From: Octopus bimaculoides
Taxonomy: Eukaryota
Direction: 5' to 3'
Assembly: GCF_001194135.2 (NCBI RefSeq)
Contig: NC_068989.1
Span: forward strand, 25,323,295 to 25,387,294
Length of the DNA: 64,000 bases
This document shows positions 37,220 to 49,080 of this stretch, piece after piece. The notes below the pieces were generated by a model. That model saw nothing but the letters and a program-made list of their open reading frames with translations. It did no database searches and was not told where the DNA came from. Both the position numbers and the translations under genes were made by a program. How positions within the stretch are numbered: the stretch's first letter is position 1; each line of letters begins with the position of its first letter.

Positions 37220-37757
37220 TGTTGAGAGAAACTCCGGGTGCTGTTGGCAGCTTGTGTACGTAGAGATGTCGGTGTGGACGCTAAGAAGCTGGAGGTGACG
37301 ACGAAGATGAAGTTGTGGAACGAGGTGTTCAATTCTCCAATGAAGATGAGTCATGTCGCTGGAACTGGCTGTGTGCTCTGTGGTCAGTGACTAGACCTTA
37401 GAAGGTCTAGGGTCAAAGACATGTTGGAGCAACTGGCTGGTGCTCTGTGGTCAGCAGCTAGACCTTAGAAGGTCTGAAGCCGCGACCAACTTAGCACAGA
37501 CGAACTGCCTTTTTATGAAGAAAAATCGGTTCACCAGAGGCTTAGAAAACATTCAGTCACGTGACCTTAGCAGAAAGGCTACGATTGGTTGGTATGCGCC
37601 CTGGTGCGAAATAGAACTAGAGACAAATGGCGCGCAAATACCAACCAATCAGAGTGATGAACACAAAGGGTCCAAGGTGCGGCCGAAGACAAGCTGTTAT
37701 CTGCTACGTACGTATTTATAAATATATAACAGAGAGAGAGAGAGAAGCTTCGTTACA
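37220..37757 (-). mobile_element. Candidate solo LTR (538 bp)
   Basis: Minus strand begins TGTAACGA and ends CTCTCAACA. TATA-like CATAAAAAGG (37508-17) followed by CAGTT; 13-bp inverted CCAAT-box pair (37583-95 / 37638-50); internal ~45-bp direct repeat (37363-408 / 37431-475). GC-richer than flanks; no TSD. Confidence 0.6.
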
Positions 37758-38816
37758 CCTGAAAGGCTCACGGAAGGGAAAACTATCTTAGCTCCCAAAT
37801 CCACTAAAACAGCAAACCCACAAAATTAAAGAGCGATAACATGTCTCCCTACAATTTACAAAACCTTTACTACAAAACTATCGTGGAGAATGAGCAGATA
37901 TCTGAAAGAATACAACCTGTTTCCAGAAGAGCAGAAGGGATGCTCTCGGGGATAATACGGCTACAAAAATCAGCTACTGATAAAAAAAAAGTCATAACTG
38001 AAGACATCCGCAGGAACAAGAAGGGTCTAATTTTGGCCTGGATCGATTGCCGAAAGGGTTTTGATAGTATTCCCCACACATGGATCCTAGAAACACTAGC
38101 CATGAACAAAGTAGCACCAATAATCATAAAATATAAAACATTCCGTGAATAAATGGCAGACAGTACTACAGCTCCAGACAAAAGAGGGACTCATAAAAAC
38201 CAAAGCCATCCCCATTAGAAGAGGAATATTCCAGAGAGACACGCTCTTTCCACTACTTTTCTGCTTAGCACTGACAGCTTTATCTGACATGCTAAACAGA
38301 ACTGGATGTGGATACAACTGTTACGGAAAACAGTCAACCACCTCTTATATATAGAAAGTCTAAAACTGTACACTACAAATGATAAATAGCTGGAAATCCA
38401 TGTACTGTTGTACACGGATTTATCAAAAAAATAAACAAGAAATTTGGCTTAGAAAGGTGTGGCAAAACAATCTTGAAAAGAGGAAAAATATTTAAGGGTA
38501 GCAACATCATAGTAGATAAAGCAAATGAAATAAAAACCTGACATACAAATACTTAAGAATCAATGAACTAGATACGATACAACACACACAAATGAAAGAG
38601 AAGACAAGAAAAGAATATTATAGACAAGTTAGATTAATACTGATAACAGCGCTCAATACGAAAAAGTAGATAATAAGTATCAACACTCTAGCCATCCCAG
38701 TTATAAGTTACAACTACAACATTCTTAACTGGACTCTAAATGAACTAATCAAAATAGACAGGTAAACAAGAAAAATAATGACATGATTTAGGATGCACCA
38801 CACAAAATCTGACATA

Positions 38817-38820
<4 letters not shown>
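37758..38820 (+). mobile_element. RLE-clade reverse transcriptase fragment (family B-like)
   Basis: EGKTILAPK..RAITCLPTIYK, FPEEQKGC, AWIDCRKGFDSIPHTWI, RRGIFQRDTLFPLLFCLAL, YNILNWTLNELIKID. Stops present. Confidence 0.88.
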
Positions 38821-38850
<30 letters not shown>

Positions 38851-38851
38851 C

Positions 38852-38903
<52 letters not shown>

Positions 38904-38905
<2 letters not shown>

Positions 38906-39365
38906 GTCCAATGTGTAAAATGTTGCAAAGTTGGACACTTTGATTCAGTGCGACCAGGAGATTGAGAATAGGAAGACGGCCATAGTCATAATTGAGAAAG
39001 AAAACAAACTATACTGGATCATAGATATAGCATGCCCTGCTGACAACATGGTATGCGATAAGGAAGAAAGAAAAGTCGAGAGATATGACATGTTAGCTTG
39101 GGAATTTAAGCAGTTGTGGTCGATGAAAAAGGTAACAGTAGTACCAATAATTGTCGGAGCCCTGAGAACAGTGCGCCAAAATCTCGAGAAGTGCGTGGAA
39201 CAAATAGGGGCTGCAATAAGGGTGGATAACTTGCAGAAAAAGCACTGCTTAGAACCGCTCGAATACTCCGGATGGTGCTCGAAAAATAAAGGGTGTTACC
39301 TTAGTTCACTGGTAGTGAACAGCTGACACTGTAGTACATCTGCAGCGTTAGAAGCTGTGTAAAGG
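38904..39365 (+). mobile_element. RLE 3' end, family A, internally deleted
   Basis: SPMCKM fused to DTLIQCDQEIENRK..IIDIACPADN..VVPIIVGALRTV. 3'UTR gaacagctgacact..gcgttagaagctgtg matches the rc of 17740-17790. Preceded by (AAT)n, followed by (CAA)n. Confidence 0.85.
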
Positions 39366-39371
39366 CAACAA

Positions 39372-39415
<44 letters not shown>

Positions 39416-39417
<2 letters not shown>

Positions 39418-39600
39418 AATAACAACAGAAAAAAGATGGTATAAACACACGCCAGAAAAAGTCACAGAAAACGAGAAAGCAACCCTACTCTGGGATATGC
39501 CAATACACACAGACAGAGAAATTAAGGCCAATAGACCAGATATAGTTGTCAAAAATCATGAAGAAAAAAAATGCTTTCTAATTGATGTATCAATACCAGC
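39416..39600 (+). mobile_element. RLE fragment, young family B, running into gap
   Basis: Near-identical to 35445-35612 and 60825-61008 (..MPIHTDREIKANRPDIVVKNHEEKKCFLIDVSIP). Confidence 0.88.
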
Positions 39601-40108
39601 NNNNNNNNNNNNNNNNNNNNNNNNNNNNNNNNNNNNNNNNNNNNNNNNNNNNNNNNNNNNNNNNNNNNNNNNNNNNNNNNNNNNNNNNNNNNNNNNNNNN
39701 NNNNNNNNNNNNNNNNNNNNNNNNNNNNNNNNNNNNNNNNNNNNNNNNNNNNNNNNNNNNNNNNNNNNNNNNNNNNNNNNNNNNNNNNNNNNNNNNNNNN
39801 NNNNNNNNNNNNNNNNNNNNNNNNNNNNNNNNNNNNNNNNNNNNNNNNNNNNNNNNNNNNNNNNNNNNNNNNNNNNNNNNNNNNNNNNNNNNNNNNNNNN
39901 NNNNNNNNNNNNNNNNNNNNNNNNNNNNNNNNNNNNNNNNNNNNNNNNNNNNNNNNNNNNNNNNNNNNNNNNNNNNNNNNNNNNNNNNNNNNNNNNNNNN
40001 NNNNNNNNNNNNNNNNNNNNNNNNNNNNNNNNNNNNNNNNNNNNNNNNNNNNNNNNNNNNNNNNNNNNNNNNNNNNNNNNNNNNNNNNNNNNNNNNNNNN
40101 NNNNNNNN

Positions 40109-40266
40109 TGCGCTGTTTATCTTGATATGAGATCACCATGTCACGCACATATGGTTGTGATGCATGTGCCTAGTGTACCCTTATCAGACGGGTAGTCATG
40201 ATGGATATATTGGGCTTTATATTTTACCCAAGTGTCACTTTGATGGCATGCATTGCTCTCTCACTC

Positions 40267-40313
<47 letters not shown>

Positions 40314-40315
40314 TA
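40109..40315 (+). mobile_element. 3' part of ~550-bp (AAT)n-tailed element
   Basis: tgcgctgtttatcttgatatgaga...gtcactttgatggcatg..tgctctctcactc(aat)n aligns with 62504-62700. Confidence 0.8.
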
Positions 40316-40349
40316 ATTGCCCTGATCCAGTTCCAGTACAAGGCCTGAA

Positions 40350-40452
40350 ATTTTGTGGGAGGTGATTAGTCTATGACATCGTTTTACTGGCACATAATTT
40401 ATCGACCCCGAAAGCAAAGTCGACCTCGGTGGTATTTGAACTTAGAACGCAA
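40350..40452 (-). mobile_element. SINE fragment (34915-35093 family)
   Basis: tttatcgaccccgaaag..aaagtcgacctcgg..atttgaacttagaac. Confidence 0.55.
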
Positions 40453-40635
40453 GGGAACTTGGTATTAACCTTGAATTAAATGAAACCAGTGCTACCAAAC
40501 AAGCAAAATGGATCAAGCAGACTGCAGAAAAGACAACAAAGACAAAAAACTGGCAGAAACAAATTGAGGAGTGGTTTAGCCAGAAGTCCCTCAACTGGTT
40601 GGAAGAGTTATCACGTACATGATTTGATTTGGTGT

Positions 40636-41035
40636 ACAAGATGGGCTATAGCAAATATTCTGCTCGGTAAAACAATTGTGCTTGTCAGTTGATTGATTTT
40701 TATAAGTCCCTTGGTAGCTAGCGATATGTGCCTGATCTATCCTCATCAGACGGGGAGTCATGATTGGTATACTGGACTTCGTATACTTTACCCCAATGTC
40801 ACTTTGATGGCATGCTCTATTTAATCCCACAGTGTAAATGGAAAATGCACCGGAGCATTTAGCCATCTGTCAAGTCCTAACAAGGCAGTATCTTTCATAG
40901 CCCTTGATTTTAACTAATTGGAAGTGTTATCATGAACATTCTTTTGTGTTGGTATAAAAGATGGACTACAGCAAATAATCTGCACAATACCACAAATTTG
41001 CTTGTCAGTTGTTTGACCTTAACCAGTTGAGCATG
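40636..41035 (+). mobile_element. Two partial copies of the ~550-bp element
   Basis: 40636-40822: agatgggctatagcaaatattctgc..cttgtcag joined to cagacggggagtcatgat..gtcactttgatggcatg. 40885-41035: aattggaagtgttatcatg..gaccttaaccagttgagcatg. Confidence 0.7.
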
Positions 41036-41064
41036 TGGGGGGTGTCTGTGTGTTTGTGGGGTGT

Positions 41065-41119
<55 letters not shown>

Positions 41120-42401
41120 TGTGTGCGTGTGAATATGTATATATGAGAATAAGCAAAAGAATAAACAGAAATACTAAGAAATAACAAAATGGAAAGGAAT
41201 GAAGCAAACAGTGGTGTAATAATTTAATATGTTTACTGAGTTGTTTTTCGATTCAGTGAGATTGTATCTTGTAGAAGAAAAGCGCAGGGAGAAATATGAA
41301 TATAAATGTAAATTTCTTAAATATTCTATGTAGTGTTATATGGGATTTAAAGAGCAGTATTTCACCGAATGTAATACCGTTCAAACATCCAATCCAATAA
41401 TATATTATTATATTATTGTATTATTTTTGTTAATGTATTTAATAAACTTCAATAGTCTTGTATTTAGTTGAACGAATGGCTTCAGAGCTATTTTCGTTTC
41501 GTTTGTTTTCTTTTGTTTCTCTCATTCTGTAATCTATGTATGTGAAACTACAGTAAAACACTTCAAGCATACAATTGAAAACCGATGCAAATGCGTATCA
41601 GATAACTTCGTTTCGGCAATGTCATGTTTTGTTCCCGAATGTATATTTAAATGTGTGGAATTCTATCTTTCATAGCACTATTTTGCTTAACTAAGTTGCT
41701 ATATATTTTACACAAATACTAACGTAGCGCGCAATGATTACACAAATGCGATATAGTAATAAAATCTTAAAGTTATGTTGAAAAAACAAAAGTTATTTTT
41801 CATTAGAAGCTCTTTGCCAGCTAAAGTTTATGGAATATATTATGGTTATTCACTTTATTTGTTAAAGCCATTGCATCTCAAGCGTGTTAAGATATATATT
41901 CATCTTCTCTGAAAATATGCAATGATCACAATGTGTGTATTCAATACATTAGCGAATGAACAGATAGCAACGAAAGAAATAACATGAAGTGGTTATTCCG
42001 GCTCGTTACATTCTGAGTTCAAATCTTAACTGGTTTGCCTTTAATTATACCAGGTATCTATAAGTAAGTAAAAGCTTGGGAACAGCAGACGAGTGGAGTC
42101 ACTGTAGCGTCGGATAGGATGTCAGGTATATTTATTCGGTTTTTTTTCTTTTGCGCTTTGAGTTCAAATCCTACTGTGGGAAACTTAGTACACAGAATCC
42201 GTCACCCTATCTAACACCACTACATATCCCATAGGTACCTCTAGCGAAGTTCACGATGTTGCAAGAATCCGAACTAAGTATCCTAATTCAGGATAACTTC
42301 CTCTCTCTTCTCTCTTACTAGTTTTAGAGACAATACAAATGATCATAGACATAGCACTTCCATTCGCACACAGCGATAAATTAATAGCAGACTCCATATA
42401 A

Positions 42402-42402
42402 C

Positions 42403-42480
<78 letters not shown>
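42402..42480. repeat. (TATC)n microsatellite
   Basis: Direct reading. Confidence 0.96.
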
Positions 42481-42799
42481 GATTGGCTGTTGTCGCGTCG
42501 TCTCTCATAAGTTCAAATAATTTCTTGTATTTGTTTGTGTATCTGTATTTAACTTTGTCGAAAACGTGCCTAATAACATCTGCTTGGCCTTGAGCGAGGT
42601 TTTCGCTTGAAAATTGGCCCTTTAAGAGTGAATTTTCATATTGTAAGGTTTTATTTTGTGAAAAATAATTTTCACCTGTCTGGGGAAATGGACAGTCCTT
42701 CTAAGACTGCTAGCGTCCCTATATTCTAGTTAGAAATTGTTTTTCCGATATTATCATTATCGAAAACTACAAACAAGAAAGAAAACATTGATGAACTGC

Positions 42800-42884
42800 C
42801 TCACACACACACACACACACACATACACACACACACACACACACAACACACACAACACACACAAACACACACACACACGCACAC

Positions 42885-42941
<57 letters not shown>
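42800..42941. repeat. (CA)n microsatellite, interrupted
   Basis: Direct reading. Confidence 0.95.
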
Positions 42942-42944
<3 letters not shown>

Positions 42945-43479
42945 TTTGAACAACAATACGCAAGCGTTCGTTCCGAACGAGTGGGAAGGGAAAGCAGAGA
43001 ATACAATGCACTCATAAGACAATGAAAGGTACAACCACCACTATCACCTCTCCTACTACCACCACTGTTACAATGACTACTACCACCAGCAGCAATACCA
43101 TCGACAAAGCAAATAACATTGCTTCTATTTTAAGGCAAGACATTTAGTTCCCTTCTCAACAGAGGAACTATGATAAGGCAAACAGTTATTCAACAAAGAC
43201 AGAACAACAAGACTAAACACCCCAGAAAACATTTTGCAGGACATTTAAAAATAAACATAATTTATAAAACTCTGACCATAAAAACTAAAAGACTAGAACA
43301 GGCCACTCAACAAACAGTTGAAAAGTGTCTACGGCCCATATGGGCCCACAGAAAAATATATTGCAAGGGGCTAAAGATTTGCCACGATCGAGGCAGGATT
43401 CGACACAAAGAAGCACACAAAAGAACTCTCAACAAAATGTCTGGAATGTGAGGAATTTATAATGATTCCAACTTACCTT

Positions 43480-44945
43480 GGTCGTCGGGTGACGAACATA
43501 AAAATTAAAGATGTACCCCTTGAGATAAAAATAACATGGCTATCTCTAAATGGTCTGGCTCAAGTGGCGAATCCATAAATCGCATCCGTTATCTTCTAAC
43601 GTTTGACCGTCGTGCCTTGTCCCAACCCTACACTCACAAAAATGGAACGCATACTCATTCGCTTTTTGTGTAAGGGAAGCGTTCCGATTGTCAGGCGAAC
43701 CATTTGCTGGCAGCATCTGCTAAATGGAGGGCTGGGTATCCGTGGTTGATGATGAGCAGACATGTGCTGAGACTGCAACAACTCCAGCGTTTCATAGACG
43801 ATGGTGAACAGGCGTGGTCGCCGTTTGTGAGACGCGCCTTCCCGCACCTCGTCTCATTGACCAAAATGCAATCATGCATCAAGCATGATTGCCATCATGC
43901 ATCAAGTATGCAACAAGCAGATACCGAGGCTAGGTGAATGGCACAGTGATTGTCGCCATGCTCTCCAGCAGCTCTGCCGTCCGGGATCAAACTTGTGCGA
44001 CTTCAATTCCACGAAGGCGTAGTATAGAGGATTAGTGGAGGGGAAATGCGACTACTCTCTTGGGGAGAACCTGGGCGTTGATAGGGAATACCTGACCCGC
44101 CTCTTCAAGACAACTTTCGGGCCAGGACCTATGGACAATTTCCAGATATCTCTGGTCTGGCAGTGCTATCGGGAAGAATTGCCCGTTCGAGATAAGTTCT
44201 ACAGACACGGTTCAAGAGACACCGGACCAACCTGCTCGAGATGCAGTCAGAGCGACGAAACCATTCTGCATGCACTCATGCAACGTCCAAAGATTACAGA
44301 CCTCTGGGCCTATGTCGAACGGCTGCTGTCACGTGTGGGACGAATTCGGTTGTCAGTGAAGTCTATCGTGAATATTACCCAGCCATCTTCCTTTAACTGG
44401 GAAGGCAAGACAGTTTTCCTTGTACTGGTGGCTTTGGTGAAAGAATGTGTATAGTAGACTCGTTTGAAATGTTTAGAGATAAACACTTTCCTCTATGGCC
44501 AGCTTCTCATCAAATTTTTCAAGTATCACTTGAAAAGGAAGGTGAGAATAGAGAGGAAAGTTTGTCTAATGAAAGGTTTAACAAAAAGTGGGCGAATGTG
44601 GCAAGGGTTTACGAATGAATGATGGAACCACCTTGAGCATGATCCTATAAAGCAAAAAGAGAAGGAGCGCTTTGCTCTCATGTTAGTTTATATATATATA
44701 TATTTGTTTTGTTCGTTTCCGAGGTTACCGTGGTTCTGTTTCGTAGCTTTTTCTTTCCACGGATAAACCTTGTCAATGTTATATTTACTTCTGCTTTTGG
44801 GAATTCTTATTGTTGAAAATGGCATTCTCCTAAATTCCTTGTGTACACGTCCCAAAACGTTTTCAATCCCTTTTGATCGTTTTTTAAATGAAAAATTCTA
44901 CATTATATCGTCCTCTCTGTGTTCTGCCCCGCGTAGCTAATAAAT
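43480..44945 (+). mobile_element. Tx1/L1-clade non-LTR retrotransposon, ORF2 C-terminus + 3'UTR
   Basis: WLSLNGLAQVAN..RLTVVPCP..MERILIRFLCKGSVPIVRR..NGGLG; zf-RVT-like WQCYREELPVRDKFYRHG..PTCSRCSQSDETILHAL (ORF 44035-44454). Ends at aataaa into (TATC)n. Confidence 0.85.
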
Positions 44946-45231
44946 CTATCTATCTATCTATATATCTATCTATCTATCTATGGAAATAAATGAAATAACC
45001 AAACTTGAAATAATAATGATGAAAAGAATGGAATATAGTAAAATGTTATAGCATTTGGCTTGTAATTATAAATATTGAATGATAATGAAACGAAATGACA
45101 AACCCATTAATTCTAAAGCATTACAACAGAGAAACAATGATGGACGGATTCACATAATCCATTATTGTAATTTTCCTTGAACATTGTGTGTAAAAGCAAA
45201 TACCAATAGTTACTGTTGATATCCAGCATAT

Positions 45232-45715
45232 TAAATTGCCTTGTTGAACATGACCTTGGTCTTTCCAAGGTTCATGGTGATGCTGACAAGTTGTCTTTTA
45301 GTGTGGATATTGGTGACTATATCCTCCAATCCTTTAGGTGTATGCGCTATCAAGATGATGTGATCGATGACGTCCAAGTGGCATAGTTGTTCTCCATCAA
45401 TGCTGATGCCATTCTTTTCCCGCGGCATTTTGTTGATGACAGCGTTTTACCGGCACGATGTAAAGAGCTTCAGCGAAATATTGTCGCCTTGCCTAGCACC
45501 TCTCTGCAGCTTGAACTTATCACTGTCTTGGTATAGCGTGAGGGTCGATGTATCGCTGTAAAGATTTGTCAGTATTGCAATGTACTTTGGGTCCACTCCT
45601 TGGCTCTTCAGTGCTGTAAGGAGCGGTGTGAATTCTATGGAGTTGAAGGCCACCTCGTAGTAAAAAGAGGTAATGTAGTACAGGAAGTTGTATATGTTTG
45701 CTTTCTCTTGTGTTC
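45232..45715 (-). mobile_element. RTE-clade RT fragment (domains ~3-6)
   Basis: YEVAFNSIE..ALKSQGVDPKYIAIL..RGARQGDNISLKLF..GISIDGEQLCHL..MNLGKTKVMFN. Confidence 0.85.
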
Positions 45716-45720
45716 AATCA

Positions 45721-46215
45721 TATAGAAAGAAGCCATAAAAAAATATCACGAAGATGAACAGCTAAAAGCTCTCAAAAGTAATAGAATGCTGATGTCTGCC
45801 AAGCGAAATCAATGGATCTGAAAATATAACATCAGGTATCTGTCAGAAGAAGATGGTACAGTCATCAGTGACCTTAACATGCTTATTAAACGAGGTGAGG
45901 AGTTCTATAGTAAATTGTATTGCGCCATACGACCTCAAGGCCATCCATTCTCCAACTCAACACTAAGGCACTTGGCGGGGGAAACACCTCTGCTGGCATT
46001 CTTCAGGGTGGGTGGGTAGACAACCCATCTTGACGATGCTCACAAATCTATTGAACAGATGCTTTGAAGAAGGCAAAATCCCCAAAAGTTGGAAGAACTT
46101 AATAGTGGTCTTGCCTTATAAGAAATCTAACAAACCGGACTTGAGAAACTATCGTTCCAGCAATCTCCTGTCTACCATCTACAAAGTGTTCTCCCACATT
46201 ATGCTAAGAACAACG
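45721..46215 (+). mobile_element. RTE-clade ORF fragment upstream of RT (inverted relative to 45232-45715)
   Basis: EDGTVISDLNMLIKRGEEFYSKLY; LTNLLNRCFEEGKIPKSWK..YKKSNKPDLRNYRSSNLLSTIYKVF (NYRPISLL motif). Confidence 0.78.
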
Positions 46216-47323
46216 TTCACAAACTCCAAAATTCCCAATAGAAATAATTCCACCAAAATCCTACAATATGGTTCGCAACATATGAAACTTATATTGAGAA
46301 CAAAGAAACTTTTCAGAAAACATATAATATAGCTAGAATAACAAAGGAACACCTAAAACGATAAAAGTATACACATTTCAAACAGACAGAATCAAATTTA
46401 ACAGCAGAAGCTAAACCAGGGGACAGTAAAGAATAATACAAATCAGACATCTGACAAAAAGATTTGTTGTGGTTTAATAATCACAAGACACACAAGAAGT
46501 AATAAAATGATGCTTAAAGAATTACTTGAAACATGTCTCCGTATTATACTTTACCATAAAAACTGGGCACTGTAAATATATATCGTAACAAAAAATGAAC
46601 GTCTTATCATACACTTCCGAAAAAAATCAATCACAAAATAACCAAAAAATTTAGATTAACTATTCCGTCTGACCAATTATGTCTGGCAGGTAACAAAATT
46701 TCAATAAAGCCAGCAAAACTAGATTGCATTAGATCCTAAGGAAATCACAAAAGTACGCACTAAACAGTTAATATAATTGCGTATACACACATACATTCAT
46801 ACATACGTGTGTGTGTGTATACATACATACACAGACAGATATATATATATGCATACTTACACACGTTTATATATNNNNNNNNNNNNNNNNNNNNNNNNNN
46901 NNNNNNNNNNNNNNNNNNNNNNNNNNNNNNNNNNNNNNNNNNNNNNNNNNNNNNNNNNNNNNNNNNNNNNNNNNNNNNNNNNNNNNNNNNNATATATATG
47001 CACATATATATTTCTGTATACAGAAAGAGGTGGTCATAGAGATGATTGAGCAATTGTTATAAAACAGAAGGGTCATTCAATATGTTTCAACTAAAGTTAA
47101 ATTTTATTTGAATTATAACATATTATTGCTTGATTTCTCAGTAATACGAGCGCGCGCAAACTCGTGCTTATAAATTTGTTAGTCGACAAACTTTTCTAAC
47201 TTGAACTTCTTGTAAATGCGTTTATGCAATATCTGCTTAATTCATACTCTATCCCGAAACTGTGGCCTGAAACTAATGTGTAATACGAATTGGCCGATTA
47301 AGTATATAAGAAAATAAGAGAAA

Positions 47324-48201
47324 CTGAGGTGAGTCAAACGTTTTGAAGTATTTGCATACTTGCTAGTTTGCGGCGTGTATATCAAGTGGCTGAGACAGTT
47401 CAAGCTTTCATAGGTACCCGCGGAGATTGGTTGTATCGAGGCAGTTGATGAGCTGACACATTGTGTATTGCTTCACTCCACGTGCAATTTGAAATTTGCA
47501 CAGATAAACGTACGATGTAGCATAATTTGGGAAGTTAGGGTTTACGACCTCAATCCGGCCATATCACCGAGGACGCAATCAAATACATTTGTTGTGAGAA
47601 AGGTGAAGGCGCAGTTGATCACAGTACAGTTATCAAATGATTCAAGAAATCTCGCTCCGCTTATATGAACCTCAACGATCCGGCATAGTCAGGTAGGCTT
47701 AAAACCGTGGATTTCGAGGCCGTAACCCAAGCTTTAGAGGCAAATCCAGCAAGTAGCACTCGCAGAGAATCAGGTGAGCGCGGCATCTCACGGATGTACT
47801 CGATTGTGCGGCAAAAACACCAGGCATTAATTGATAGAAAGCGAGCACTTCTGCAACGCAAGACCTCATATTGCTCGAACGACCCGGAATAAACTCTAGG
47901 TAGGAACTTGAAGGAAACAACCTGATTCCACACCTTACATATAGCTCGAACCTAGCTCCATCAAACAATTATTTGTTCCAATCTACAGCTCACTTCCTAC
48001 GCTCTCGACTCAATGAATCAAATGGAGATGGATCCCTCCATAAAGGAGTTCTTCGCCTCGAAGGATAAGAACTGGTATCTGCGTAGGATCAAAATGTGTC
48101 AGAAAGTAGCTGCTGACTCTGGCACACGATGGCCTCTACTTTGAATGCTCGGTTGATTTTATTGTAATTTGACGAATAAAACAAACTTTGACTCAACACA
48201 G
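47324..48201 (+). mobile_element. mariner remnant with TIRs, internally deleted
   Basis: Termini CTGAGGTGAGTCAAA / rc CTGTGTTGAGTCAAA; right flank TA. GEGAVDHSTVIK*FKK..SGRLKTVDFEAVTQALEANPASSTRR (HTH) and YSSNLAPS..LFQS (YSPDLAPSD-like). Confidence 0.82.
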
Positions 48202-48734
48202 TAAAGGTAAATGGAAGCAAACACGTAAAAATCTAACTGAATATGCGGTAATATTTAAAGCTAAAAAAACAACAATGGAGACATGTATGATGTAATTAAA
48301 GATACCAATGAAAGTGGCAATGTAGAATCTTCTGGTGTTATTCCTTATCAAAGAGAAGAAAAGGGTAAAAGAGTGTCAAGAGAGAAAAAGAAAACAATAT
48401 ACGAAAGCAGATTTCCAATACCTGTCTATAATTGCTTACTGACCTAGTGTAAAGTGGTGGATGAAACGAAAAGACCAGAAAAGAAAACTGAGAGGGGATG
48501 AAGAAACTGTGAGATTGATGTGTGCATGTTCACTGAAGAGCAATCAAATGCATATTTACATCTGTATATATATTTTAGATAGCATATAATGTTAAACAAG
48601 AAAAAGAAATCCACGTGTCTAGGTCCACAACAGTCTTTCTTGCAATATAATACATCTAGCTAAGGATGTAAGTGCACATACATCTACGTGTACAGTTATA
48701 TTTACAGATAGATTCATGTCTCTCATTCTCTGAA

Positions 48735-48880
48735 GGTGCTTATCTCCCTTGTTTGAAAACTTATGGACACAGCACGCTTATGTCACGTAGCCAACTGGAA
48801 GCGATGTTTGTTTCCTGGGGTTAAATAGTAGTAGCATTCTTCCCTTTCCTGGGACTGCCATTCCATTCCTGCAACAAGCC
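48735..48880 (+). repeat. Dispersed copy of 28775-28920 (Penelope pLTR distal part)
   Basis: Shared cccc..tgtttgaaaactta.gga.acag.acgctt, tgtttcctgggg.taaatag.agtagcattctt..ctttcctgggact. Confidence 0.75.
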
Positions 48881-48945
48881 ATCACCATATATGTATATAT
48901 ATATATATATATNNNNNNNNNNNNNNNNNNNNNNNNNNNNNNNNN

Positions 48946-49080
48946 ATATATAGTTCAAATTTACAGAAAAACAAAGACGAAGAAATGTGTAGAAACAACA
49001 AACAGGGGTTTTAGTTTGACGCTCGGGAAAAATGGAAAAATCTTTTACGTTTCGAGCCTACCCTCTTCGACAGGGAAGAA
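48946..49080 (-). mobile_element. Short Penelope pLTR-like repeat with degenerate hammerhead core
   Basis: Reverse complement ctgtcgaagagggtaggctcgaaacgtaaaag...; ends in TA run/gap. Confidence 0.55.

Noticed and set aside
43477-43518. Open 42-nt minus-strand segment ending in a perfect AAG|GTAAGT donor
   Set aside because: Lies antisense within the Tx1 remnant with an AAG acceptor; most likely chance.
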